Part shown: one piece after another, positions 36,490 through 49,109 of the stretch | Layout: every line of letters begins with the position of its first letter | Numbering within the stretch: position 1 is the first letter of the stretch | Made by a program: the position numbers and the translations under genes | Assembly: GCA_008632985.1 (NCBI GenBank) | Contig: QPGO01000068.1 | Location: 186,001-250,000, forward strand | Length of the DNA: 64,000 nt | Direction of reading: 5' to 3' | DNA from: Psammoneis japonica | Taxonomy: Eukaryota | Notes under the pieces: model-generated | Seen by the model: only the letters and a program-made list of their open reading frames with translations | What the model was told of the DNA's origin: nothing | The model's database searches: none

Positions 36490-38900
36490 AACAACCAACT
36501 CGTCGTTGGCGTCAAAGGCGGCCTTGATTACCTCGTCCATTCTGCTCACGCCAACATTGAGCGCTGCCTTTTTTCGGCCTCCTCTGCCAATGCCTTGCTC
36601 CTCTTGGACCTTGTCAACATGTTCAATGAGGTCCCTCGCGATGCATGCAGTGCCAGTGCTGATGCCCTTGATTTGTCACCTCAGGGGACCGAAAACACCC
36701 CTCGCCTGCTTCTCCCCTTTTTTCGATGTGGTGCATCAGAACTCCAAAGGTGTTGCCAGCCCAACTCATCCTAGAGCTCCTTCATGCAAGAGGAGGGCTT
36801 TGCTCAAGGCTGTCCCCTTGGCCTGGTCTTTGCTTGCCTTGTTCCCCCCCCGCCACTCACTCCGCCCTCTCTCAACCAAGAACTCCTTGAATGCCTCCCC
36901 TCCCACTCTCCCACTTCTGTCAGTTTCCACATTAATGATGCTCATGCTTTTCTTCCCCACTCCTTCACACCTTGGTTCCTGCAACCCCCCAAGACTCTTG
37001 GTGCTCCCCGTGGCATCAAGCTCAACCTGTGCAAGACCGGGGAGGAGTTTGTTCACTTTGGATGAGAGAGTGGCTGGAGAAAGTGTCGGAAAGGAAAGAG
37101 CTGACAAGTGCACAAGAACCCAACCTGTGTCACAACTTGAACCCTGACATCCCACCTGATCTCTTGCTTTGGACTTTTCCCTTTCAAGATTCCCCCCTTG
37201 CTGCCACCCATCACTTCCTTTGCTGTGCCCCGCTGTTCACACCAACCACTTCCTCCTCACTGACTCACTCACTGGCTCACTGACTCACTCACTGGCTCAC
37301 TGGCTCATTCACTCACTCACTCACTGGCTCAGGGTTCACTCACTGGCTCAGGGCTCACTCACTGGCTCAGGCTCACTCACTCACTCACTCACTCACTCAC
37401 TCACTCACCATTGCTTTTCTCTCTGCTTTCCTTGGTGGCTTTGGCCTCTGCAATCCTGCTGCTGCTGTCATCTCCTCCTTCCTCATGACTCCACTTTGCT
37501 CCTTCTGCTTTGCCATGCACAGAGCATGACTCCCATCTGGCAACTCCCTCAAACTTCTTCCCAAGGGTTTCTGTCTGTCTCTCTGTTCCTGGAGCAACCC
37601 CAATGCCCACCTTCACCTTTTTGCATTCTCTTCCAATGCTGTGCTTCCACCCCCACTTCTGACTCCTCATCATTCTCTCCACTTGTCAAGTTCATCACAC
37701 TCCCCGGCCTGGTGCATCCCCTCTGTCATGCTTTCCAGCTGCACATCACCAATGCTGCCCTTGCCAATGCTCCCCTGAATGTTCAAGCTGCCCTGCTTTC
37801 TCTCCTGTCTCCTCTCACCAGCCTCCTGCTCTGCTCCATCTCCAGCTGCTCTGGTGCCACTCTCTCAGCTTCTGACGGATGTGCCATTGTGGCCCAGACC
37901 AGCACAAGCTTTGCCTCCCTGTGCTGCCCCCATTCCTCACAGGCACCCCCCTGCTGCTCCTGTGGTCATGCCTTCCTTGACACCTGTGGTGACCATGCTT
38001 TTCTTGCCTGCAAAAGCAATCACAAATCCAAGTTGTCTGACAGCACTCATGACACTGTCTTCATCATCACCCAAACCTTGGGCCCCCCCTTGCCAAACTT
38101 TGCAACTCACCCAACAATGTTCATCTCAAGCCTGCAAACCTCCTTTTAAATTGCCCCCTCTGCTTCTTGCCCGGCCAACGTTGGCATTGCCACCCCTCCT
38201 CCTGCTGCTTCCATTGCCACCCCCTCCCACCATCACTGCATTGCTGTTGATGTCACTGTGCCCAAAGCTCCTCCTTGCCCTTCTCCCAGTCTGCCTGCTC
38301 CTTCTTCTCTGGCTTTAACTGAGGCACACCACACAAGTGCGAGGTCAAAGTTTCTTGGCCCTGTTGCTTGCTCCCTTGCCACCCAGTCTCTTGGTGACAG
38401 TGGGGGGGTCTTCTTTCTTCCTTTTGCCATTGATCACCTCAGTGGTCTTGGTTTCTTCTTTCATCACTTCCTTTTTGGCTCCTTGCTCCTCCTCTTCTCT
38501 CTGCTCCCAAACCAAGCCTCCTTGGTCTGATTGTTCTGCCCTGCAACACTCTGACACCCTGCACTGCCTTATGCCATGCCCTTGCTTCACCATCCGCTCT
38601 TCTTTTCTCCACTGACTCTGCCTGGTGCCAGCTTGCTACACAGACCATTTTGTTGGCTCTCATCACTCTTCTGCTCCCTCCCAATGGGCCACTCAGATTC
38701 TTGGATGCAACATCGTCCACCATCTCTACGTCCACACCCTTCGATTTCTCTCTACCCTTCGTACAGATGCTTCCGCAATCCCTTCTTTGACCCTTCTTTG
38801 GCTCCCGCTCCTGCAGCCATTTCCATACCTCCTCTCGCTGCCTCTCCATCCTCCATTGACTGGGCTCTCTAACTCTTTACTTAATAATCTCTACATACCA
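36490..38900 (+). mobile_element. 5'-truncated, degenerate non-LTR retrotransposon with restriction-like endonuclease (CRE-like)
   Basis: RT remnants QLVVGVKGG, LLDLVNMFNEV, QEEGFAQGCPLG, F(H)I(N)DA (=YxDD), GIKLN..KT; CxCG..LD.CGDH.F.C knuckle; (C)PA(N)VGI and AVDVTVP (=RPAD/DVT); FLPFAIDHL.GLG. Confidence 0.85.
37257..37408. repeat. (TCAC)n microsatellite with TGGC interruptions inside the retroelement
   Basis: tcactcactcactggctcac... visible directly. Confidence 0.95.
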
Positions 38901-39090
38901 GCATAGGGCCCTACTGTACTCTCTCTCTAGCAAAGTAGAGTAGCTCTATTAGAGAGCCAACTTGATACTGCCCACCCTCTACAGTAGAAGTGGCTACTAA
39001 AGAGCGCTGTCTCGAGAAACCAACGAAGTATAGAACAAACGGTATTCTTTAGATGGAAAAAAGTGTAGGTTCTATTACATTGAATATTTA

Positions 39091-42000
39091 TTATAGCTTT
39101 GGTGCTGATTTTCTCGCTGAGCTGTACGTAACAGCTCGCTCAGCTGACAACACTTGTCGAATGTTGCGATTCGCAACGTTCACGGCAAGGTGCGGAAGCT
39201 GTATAGATTCTCCAATCTCCTCCCTGTAAGCTTCGTACTTTAGGAGTAAGTCCTGCCACGTGGTGCCTTCTGTACTTTCGTTTTGTTCACCGATAAGAGT
39301 TGTACCGGTCGCCATCCCTGTATCAGCAGTGATTCCTCGCGCCTCTTTCAGAAGGACTGAAATCTTCTTTCTTGTCCCACCTAGGCGGGCCCCGCAGAAC
39401 AATACAGATGCGTAGAATGACCCGTCGCAGGACAAATTGCGTCGTTGAATCGAGTCAAGTACAAAAAGCAAAAAATCGAATGATTCCTCTTCAGGCTTTT
39501 GAAGTGGAACATTTTTCTTTGGGCCAAGGTCCAACGCATCAATCATTTTCTGGTACGTCACCTTTGACGGGATGTACCCTTTGAGGAGGAGCTCGGACTG
39601 TTTTAGAACAAACAAGGGGACAAAGAGAGTGAGTTTCAGGCTTCACGACACCATGGCAAAAGAATCGAACCTTTGAAAGCAACAAGTAAAACTCACAAAC
39701 GTCCTTCTCGCCATAGAGAAGTCTTTTGCCGAAAGAGCCGACTGAAGGAGCTTGTTGTAGGAAGACATAATTTCTCTACCCGACAGGTCACCGCGTCCGT
39801 TGCATTCCCCAGACAAAAGCTCGGCGGCCGCGACAAAATTGCCGGCGTCACAGAAGGCTTCTATCGCGACAGCTTTCGCATATCCATCTGGTTTGTCAAT
39901 CCTGGCAAAAACGTCCGTCGCCATGCCGGCCTTCCCCGATGCCAAGCAAGAGCCCATCAAAGAAGTCAATGTCTTGAGGTTTGGTTTCACCCCAGCTGCG
40001 TTCATTCGTGAAATCAAATCCAGCGCTCTTTCATAGTTTCCCAGGGCCGCTGTTGCCGCTATTGCTGTTGTATATAGATGAACGTTTTCGGTGACTGCCG
40101 CGGTTCGTGTATCAGAGCACGCGGTCTCAAACAGTGTGAGGCACGCAGAGGGTTTGTTGGCCTTAAGCAATGCATTCATTAGCAGCCCATAAGTCATTGA
40201 GTTCGCAGTAATTCCCCTTTGCTCCATCTCTGTGACGAGCTTCTTGGCCTCAAACCATTTATACGAATCGCAAAGGGCTTTGATTATTGTGTTGTAAGTT
40301 ACAACATCAGGTTCGACGCCTCTTTCTTTCATGTCGATGAGTAGTTCCTGTATGTCTCCGTCTCTGACACATGCCTTGATCAGCGACGTGTACGTATATT
40401 TATCAGGTTTGACTCTGGCCATGTTCATTTGATCAAAAATAGCGAACGCGTCACCCGACATTCCAGCTTTCGACAAGACCCCAATAATGGTGTTATAAGA
40501 GACGAGGTCCTTCTCTGGTCTGTCGCTAGAAGATCCAGGATCTTCCAAGCTCTCAAACAACTCGAGAGCCATATCTATAGCTTCGTCACTTCCGTTCTTG
40601 GCCGCGGCAGCAAGAGCAGTGTTGTAGAAGGTAGTGTCCAGGGTGATCGAGCCACTTTCTCCGGTACCCGGCCATGCCGCTACTTCAACACCATTAACCA
40701 TCATACCTGAGCGCCCCTCCATCGCCGCTAACACACGCTTCACAGACTGCAAGTTGCCCGTTCGCGCATGTGCCCTTAACAAAGACGTACCCGTGTACAA
40801 ATTCAAAGCAGATTCATCAGCAACGAGGCGCGCATCACCCTCCTTTTTACCTTCAATGACAGTTGTAACATGAGCGGGTGATCCGTCAGCCTTCAAACCC
40901 ACGGCGGCCTCAAACGCGCGGATAGCGCTCTCCGGTTTTCGGCATGAAAGATAAGCACTCATCACCAAAGAAAGTGTCTCGGCATCGAGGCTTGCTGATG
41001 CTGTCGCGACTGCCTCTAAAACGCGATCAGCTACCATTGCTGGGACCGCATACTTATCTTTTACCTGCGTTTCGGCTTCTGACATGTATCGGCGCAAGAC
41101 GCTCCGACATCGTGACAAGAGCGCGTCCTGGGATGTTCCAGGGGCGTCCCTCGTCAGTGTCTGCGCCAAAGCAGAGTCCATGGTGGTAGCGTCAACGTTT
41201 ACCTCGGGCACCTCTAAAATTGCTGCCTTTCCTACTGCTGTTTCGCTACGACCCTCCGAGAAGGGTCGTGCAAATCTTATTTTGACTGCTTGGCCAGGCA
41301 TCCGGGTGGTGCAAGCTGATATCACGCCATCCACTGTTGAAACCGGCCAACTCTTTCCTGCAATCGAGTCAACCGCCACTATTCGATCTCCCAACTGCAC
41401 CGCATACTTTATGAGTCGAGGAGCATTCTCTGTGAAACCCGACACCTGGACGTAACCGTCTTCCGTCTCCTCTAGTTGCAAACCGATCGGTCGTGGTATT
41501 GTCAACTCATATTGTTCGGCTATCCCTGTAACATCAGTTCGCTGGAATTCGAATTTCATGTTCTGCGACAGATTTTTCCTCGACCCGATGGCTGATCTAA
41601 CTCCTTCCAGAGTGCTCTTGGGCCATAAAGCCTGCAAAAAAAAAAAAGGTGAAAGAGTGAGAATTGGTGAAAGTTCGTCATCGTAATAGGCCCGAGAAGA
41701 ATTTCTTACCTCTCCAAGGGTGGCAGAAGTTGCCACGAGGACATGGCCCGGTCGGATTCCTTTTCTCCATGTGATGCTGTCAGTGGCAACTGATGCAACC
41801 ACCACGCCACGAAATGTTGGTCCCAGGCGTTTCACCATTGATGATTGGTCCATTGTCTCTATTACTGTGTCTGCATCTCGAATGTTGTTGATCGAAGACT
41901 CCAGAGTATGCGACTGGAAGCGCAGTGTGTCGAGATCTAAATCTACATCAGACACTTCCCCGCGGTCAAACTCACACAGCGTCATTCCGATCTCCGCTCC

Positions 42001-42336
42001 ATTCACCAGAGGCAATGACACTTCATAATTCCCGCTCCGCTCTCTGATCGTCTTTTTCTTGAGTTGTTTCAATGCTTGCTCTTTCTCATACGGATCCTCT
42101 TCGTCTGAAGCTTCGGGAAAGGTATCCGCATATGCGGCAGAAAGCGTTGCCCGGATTGAAACGGAGCCGTCGTTATTATCTCCGTAGTCGTAGAGCCCAG
42201 GTGCGGAAACATTTCTCTGCAGTGCACGAACAGAAGCTGCTCGACGCGATGACGACACTGTCGATAGCCGCGGTCCAAAACAATCAACAGATCCTACTGA
42301 GAGCAACACTGCAATCGCCGCTCCGTACTTGACCAT
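39091..42336 (-). CDS. Plastid-targeted pentatricopeptide-repeat protein with N-terminal PDZ-like domains (introns 41709-41632, 39696-39598)
   Basis: PPR repeats (DLVSYNTII, PDKYTYTSLI, PDVVTYNTII, ANSMTYGLLM); PDZ-like RPIGLQLEE...VQLGDRIVAV; signal peptide with VDC-F. Confidence 0.9.
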
Positions 42337-43139
42337 TCTTTGCAACTTCTCGTCGACTAATCAGCGCCACAGGTTTCCCGCCAAATTCAGGGTCGCAAAA
42401 CGTTGCACTTTTCAGTCGTTTCACGCGATTATTCGACCTGAAATGCGACTTTATGATATGGTCAGCTGATATATGTCTCGAGCAAGGGCAGAGTGAGTCA
42501 CTATGTTTGATCAACAACAAAGAGAAGAGCAGATGTCGGCGCTCACGATGCAGTGCTGATTCAGGAGCATGATGTGAGAAACGGAAGGTTGGGTACACAT
42601 CCGGGTCTTTTTCTGAGTTCAACTTGCTCTTTGATACCGTAGATCCCGTGGAAATTAACGTACAGAATTTTACGTACAATGTGTACGAAGATACTATTCA
42701 CGTCACGATTATTTATGAGTCAGGAATGTCTGGTGACGTCGGCACTTTTATGTGACTCTCCAGGAGCGTGATACCCGGTAGGGCCCTATGCTCTACGCTC
42801 ACATTTTCTCGTGCGGTGCATTTTTCGCTGTCGATGATTGATTGATATTCTGAAAAATGTGGAAGAACTCCTTACATTATTTGCCAATAGACACTGGTAT
42901 TTAGTGACATGAATAGAAAGCGAAAAATAGAGCCAGGAACTGAGCAATGTGCTCCTTCGATGAGGTCACTCAGCACAAAACTGTCATCAAGTTCAAGAGC
43001 AACAGGCACGGCATTATTCCGGAATGATTCTCAGCGGTACCCTCTAGAGAAGAATGCGTCGTGACCGAGTCGTTGTACGTCGTCAGAGGACAAGCGTTTC
43101 CTTCGCCTCGATGAAAACTGGGCAAGCAGCTCGACATCC

Positions 43140-44893
43140 TCAGCCAAATCTCGAAGGCGGGCTTCTATTTTTGGGGCAACTCAGGGTGTCTGCCAATGCT
43201 TCATTGCGGGTAGAGTTTTTACTCTTGGGTGATCTGCATACGGAAGGGGGCAAATAAACGGCTCTCGGAATATCGGACGTCTCCACACCAGAAGTCCGTC
43301 GTCTTCTTCTTGTCCTAAGATACCTCAGAGCACTGTTGCGTGATATTGCGCCATTTCGTGTTCTAGATTTGTCACCGACCGAGCTACTCGTCAAGGTTGG
43401 TTCTCTGGCTCTCTGGACGGCAGCCGCGGTGTCATTCACGAGGTGTCCCACACGCGGACGAAAAACAGCGTCTTCTGTAGATGCATTGCTCCCGTCATCG
43501 GAGGTCTTTTCCGTCGTAGTTGACGATGCCACACTGTTGTCATGAAGCCGAGGAAAGCACTCATATAACTCATCAATTTCGGGATCCTCTGCTCCGGTGT
43601 ATCCAGAAGCTAGAAACCTGCCAACGTCAATGTATCGGGAAGCCAAGACGGGACGAGGTTTGATACTTCCTTGGCTCCCGTCTTGTAGGAATCGTGTTCC
43701 AAGGGGTGACTCCGGTTCTTCCTCGGGGTAAGGTCGAACGTTGGCCTCTACAGGTGTGGGAGGGTCTTCATGATGAGGCGTTTGACAGTCAGAGGTAAAC
43801 GTGAACTTCGGGGAAAGCCTCTCGTTGCAAGTGGTCGTATGGATTGGAGCCTCGAATGCTTCGCACTCCATTGATTGCTCAATTTTCGCTCCATTCAACA
43901 CATATTGTTCTGATGAATTGTGCACTTGTTGGTTTGAGGCGCCGCGAAGTCTACTTCCACAACGCAATAAACGTATGGGTCGTTGCGGAGCGAGATGAAC
44001 AGGAATGTTTGAATTAGATGGGTTGAGGTGCTCAGATTCCTTCCTACGATACTCGTAGGCTTGAGGTGCTTCCTCCAGAGATCCATTGATCGGAGAAGCG
44101 TTTTCATCCAGTTTCGAGGGAAGCGTGTTCGGAGTTGGAGACTCGCATCGACCTGTTGGCGGGGTAGCTGAGCCCTCTTCATCCGTCTTTGTTCCGTGAT
44201 ATTCATTTTGCTTAGATGGATTAGGCTTGAGCGGCTTCTGATGTTTCGAATCAATGGAAGGATTTTTTCGTTGGCTGAAGCTTTGACCTGTAGACCGAGA
44301 TCTAGCCGTACTCTTTGATTCGAGCTGACAGGATTCCAGAGACTGTACACTCGTGTCATCAACATCTGCTTCAGAAATCCACTGCGAGTGCTGGTTAGAA
44401 ACGACCTTCCAACGGTGTTCTCCCATCACCTTTCCGTTGTCTCGTAACGCCTAAACTCAGTTCCACAGCAGGAGAGAAAAGAGTTAGGACTAGCAGCATC
44501 GCAGGAAATGCATACCTTGCGACCATCGCTACTTGCCATTATTCTGCATTCATAGTCTTCCCAAACGCGCTTGTCAAGAGAAGCTGCGCATTCTAGCGCT
44601 AGTTGCATTGGGTCGTATTCATCACGTTCCACCATAGAGTCGTCTTTTCCGTCATCTTCGTCCGAAGGTCCAATAGTAGAGTAGTCCTCTGGAGTTTTTC
44701 GACGAGAAAAAGTGTTTGGGTGGCCATGTGCTGTTCCTATATCTCCGTTGGGAACAGCAAGATTGTGTTTCGATACAAGTCGTTCATTCTGGCCAAAGTT
44801 CAGAAAAGACCGCCGCTTTCCGGAGGGGAGCAACCTCATGTTGCCAGCAACCTTGATAGTTCGTGAAGAAATATGGACTGCGCATAAACACAA
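43140..44893 (-). CDS. Hypothetical low-complexity protein, third member of the AASLDxRVW family; 5' end uncertain
   Basis: CAASLDKRVW motif; phase-0 intron ending at 44451 joins ORFs 44426-44893 and 43140-44429. Confidence 0.5.
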
Positions 44894-45315
44894 CAGCGAT
44901 CATCTCCAAGGTATCTTTGTCGTCAATCCCACATATCTGACACGTTTTCCATCTGTCAGCCATGCGTGAATGAATATGTGAGAATGCACCAACGGCCAGA
45001 AGGTAATAAGAGTGGGAAATGGGAATCAAGTGTCCACGGCATCATCCTGCTCAATGCAGTCTGTTTTGTTGAGACTATGAAGTTGGCATTGAAATGTGAT
45101 TCCCGCATCCGCGAAATCAAAACTGGCAGACTCCGCGCCGTCATCTGATCAGAATATCAGCAAGAAGATAGAAGGTCGGTGTCTTTTGCCCACCCTCTCT
45201 ATAATATGCCATGCATCGCGTGCACTGTCACCCTAGCTCTGTTTCTACTATGGAGTACCCACCAACTGGTTTGTGTAAACTGTGATTATAACAACGCTAG
45301 AGAGACACCTCGAAA

Positions 45316-48300
45316 TCACGTAGCAATGTCGATCCTACTTCCACCGTGAGACGACTCTGAAGAACACGATGAGTACTCCAATTCGATATCAGAACTTGTG
45401 CCACGAAAGCTTGTATTCTTGTGCTTGGGCGTGGCGGCAGTTGCACTGGTTGACACATATTCATAGACTTCGCCACCTCGAGCAGGCGATTCACAGGCGT
45501 CCTTCTCTTGTTCTTGGTCACCAACGTTCTTTCCCCTTCGCAAAGATAGCAAAGAGAATCCACTCTCTTTCTTACTAGAACGGACGCGTCCGCATGGTGC
45601 TTCGTTTCGTTCAAAGAGCTCTTTCAAATTGAATAGTTCACTCCGTTTCAACTGACTAATGAGATATCCTGCGGTAAATCCTCGTCCTTTCAGAGGATCG
45701 ATTCCAATTCTTGAATCTAGAGAAATGTCCGTACCAAAAACGTCTGACTCGGAGTCCTCGTCGCAAAGTTCCACCTCGACTCCGGTTTGAGTAGCTTGGT
45801 TACGGTGCATCTTGCGGTCGAGCTTCTGTACAGCTCCACTCTGCAACCTTGGTTTAGTCCCCGGATCGTCGTCAATCTTGTCAACTCCAGCACCATGGAC
45901 TTGCACCTTCCGCTTTCGACGATCTTGGGCATTCTCGTAGCGCGCCAAGAACCGGGACACACTCTGCACTTCACGCACCATCTCATCCGTGGGCATTGAC
46001 TCCAAATCATCAGTTGCTTCATTGTCTTTGATATCTTCTGTTAATGTTGGTTCCTTGATTTGACGGGTTTCGGATCCTCCATTTTTTGTCTTTGGAGTAA
46101 CCATAGATGATTGGCTCTGCCTTCCTTCTGAAAAATTCCTAAACACGAGGCGATCAGTCGCTCTCGCACGCGTAGTTCTGGAGACCGATTTCCGTTTGGA
46201 TGATCCTCCCAAACCCCACCAGGACGGAATTTCGGGTATTTCTGGTGGTCCATCGTCGGTCGATTGTTCTGAGCTGCTCGAAAGTAATGAAAAGAAAGGT
46301 CCTGGAGAGCTAGGTTGGCTAAGCTTTGGCGGTGAAGACACCTTGGCTTCGTCAGACTCCGTTGAAGGGACGATTGCAGATATGTCCTCACTCCAGTCAC
46401 TACTGTAAAAGCCATCATTTGATTCCACTGGGGCGAGATCCCTAAAATTCTTATGCCCTCCCATGATAAAACTGCCGTCACCACCCGTGACAGGTTCTTG
46501 AGGAGGTGGAGCGTACAGCTTTGCTCTTTCTTCATGTGCGCTATCAATGACAGGGATGCTCCCATCAAATGTACTCATTTGCTCGGGCTCTCTTCCATGG
46601 CGAGCGACCAGCAACAGATTGGGTGCCGCTATAGGCTGCGGGGTGTTTCGGGTTTCTTCGACTTGATCAAAGCCGGTACGAGCCTGAGAAACAGTAGGAG
46701 ACCGATTCTGTTCAACTTGGTCCAAATCAGTGCGACCCTTTGAGAAAGGAGAGCGATTCTGCTCAACAGCGTCCGAATCGGGGCGACCCTGGAATCAAAC
46801 GAAGCGTGAAACACGTTAGTCACTGGTACCTTACCGAATTCAAAATAAGAAGAAGAACTTACCTCAGACGAGTACGGCTTTGTTTCCCATGCTTTGTAAT
46901 CCTGAGAAGCTACCGCATTAATCTCGCTTTCAAAAAGATCTTCCTCCGACACTTCAAAGAAAAACTCTTGGTTGGAAGGAATCGTCGACGGGCTAGAATT
47001 GATATACACGGAGTTACTGTTCGGGCTGCTCGAGCTTGTGAGATTTGGAGTCATAATCGTCATGGGTGGGGAAGGCGAACAGTTACTGCTCTGATCTTGA
47101 GTCGAAACGTCACGACGAATCTTTCCGCGGCGTTCCTTGCGCTTCTTCCAATAAACCAAAGCGTAAAATGACAGACCAAGGAGCGCCACAGCAACTAGAA
47201 TGAGCCCAAAGGCAATAGAAACGCCCCCTGGTTTCTCGTTCGTGCTTTCGTCCTTGATAGCAGCAGGTGCTACTGTCCTGCCGTTGATAGCAACGACATG
47301 TCGCAACAGGTCAGCATCAGGATGATTCTTCATGAATTCCACCCGGTAAGCTTCGTTGGAATCTTGCAACAGAGAGTCAATGGTAGTGTCGACGTCCCAT
47401 GCCATCAGTGGATCACTGGTAGCGTTCGTATAGTTGGTAGTGTGAAAGATAGAACTCCCATTCACGTTGAATGATGCAATCTGGAAATTCTGTAGGTGCC
47501 TGTCCCACCCAAACTCGTTGTCGCGGAGCACACGTCGTTGGTCAATAGCCGAAACGGTAATTGACACCCCCACCAAGGACGGATCATTCAATCGAAAAGC
47601 CTCCTTTAGCTCTTGAACCATGTAATCTTCCAAGACGATATCCAACTCGTCGGACAACGCATCCAGAATCGTGTCATTCAGGGTCAAAACTCGACTTTGC
47701 AATCGCCGCTCAAGATCCAGTCCGATCGTCAACTTGTAGGGCGAAAACGGAACCATAAACATGGTCGGTGATGCTACATTCGTTGGTGCATTTGTGTCCA
47801 GTGTCATATCGCCATCCGACGCGCTTGGGCTTGGACTCGGAGGGACATACAAGGTTGGAGCGGAGGTTTCCGTCGGAAACACCGACAGTGATGGATTTTG
47901 ACTCGGAGGCAGAGATAAGTTTGGAGCAGAGGATAATGTCGGAAGCACGGACTGTGATGGTCTCGGACTTGGTTCCAACGTTACAAATGGTGATAGAGAA
48001 TCTGTCGGAGCAAAACTGGGATATGTAGACGTCCTCGGATTCTTATTAAACGTTGGACTTGGACTTGGTTCCAAAGTTACAAATGGTGCTGGAGAGTCGG
48101 ATGGAGCAAGACTGGGATATATAGACGTCCTCGATTCCTTATCAGGGGTTGTGGTTGGCTCCAGAGTTGTTGTAGGGAGGTAGGTCGGGTTCTGAACTGG
48201 AGAAGTGCTTGGACTTGTACTCGGTTCCCGTGTAAACGTCGGATTTGGAGATTTCGGTTGAACCGAGCTAAGAGTTGGAGCCAACGTGCGCACATGATTT

Positions 48301-48587
48301 GACGACGGCTGTTTCGATACCACAGGATCATGCGCACAATCCGTCGGAAGAAAGCTCGGTGACGCTGTTGGTGTTGCGGTTGGAGCACTTTTGATTGGAA
48401 CTGGCGTCTGATGTGGTGCACAATCTGGTGATCTCGTGGGATACGAGAGAAAATCCTGGCTATCGTTTGTTACATACGTAGCTCCATCAGGCGAATGTAT
48501 GATATAGTAGCTTTTTGATGGACGTCGTTGAAAGATGTTGTTCACTCGACGGCGACGAGTTGCCAAATAAACATTGTCGTTCGACAT
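45316..48587 (-). CDS. Single-pass membrane protein with Pro/Thr/Ser-repeat ectodomain and long disordered tail (intron 46862-46738)
   Basis: PT/PS repeats, TM SIAFGLILVAVALLGLSFYALVYW + KKRK, tail motif EMVREVQSVSRFLARYE; GTAAGT..AAG intron in phase. Confidence 0.75.
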
Positions 48588-49109
48588 GGTGTTTGTTGGT
48601 GTTACTAATACTCATCCACAAATTGTGCAACAAGTCTCCGGAGCAGTCACGGATCCTGCTGCTCCGAAGAACAACTCTTGTGCAAACCTCGTGCCCCATT
48701 GTTTGAAATCGCCAACGGTGTCGTTGGATCATTGTCAAGATCGTGCCGACTCCGTGAGAGTGCTTCAAAGATTTTTCTCGGCGGCAGTTTTGTGTGGTTT
48801 GAAATTTTTTGTAGGAATTCCTACTGAAGGAAAACGTATGTAGAATGAAGTACATGTCCTACCTACAGTATTCCTTTCTTCGCGCGCGCTCCACGCGGAA
48901 TCCACGTCGTTCTTTTTAATTGTGGGTGACGTGGACATTCGTCACCAGAGTTCGCTGCATGCATGCCTGTTGAAAGGATGACGAACAGATCTCGTACGTT
49001 TTCTACTTGGTTTCTACGTGTGGTGGGAAACAGCGGCGCAGCTGCCTGCACCAACTTGACGTTCACACAAAAGGATCGGACAATGATGAAGGAAAGAATT
49101 CCGTCGTCC

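Noticed and set aside
13800..38900. Classical fungal RIP
   Set aside because: RIP raises TpA and depletes CpA; here TpA is depleted and CpA/TpG enriched, and linked host duplicates are untouched.
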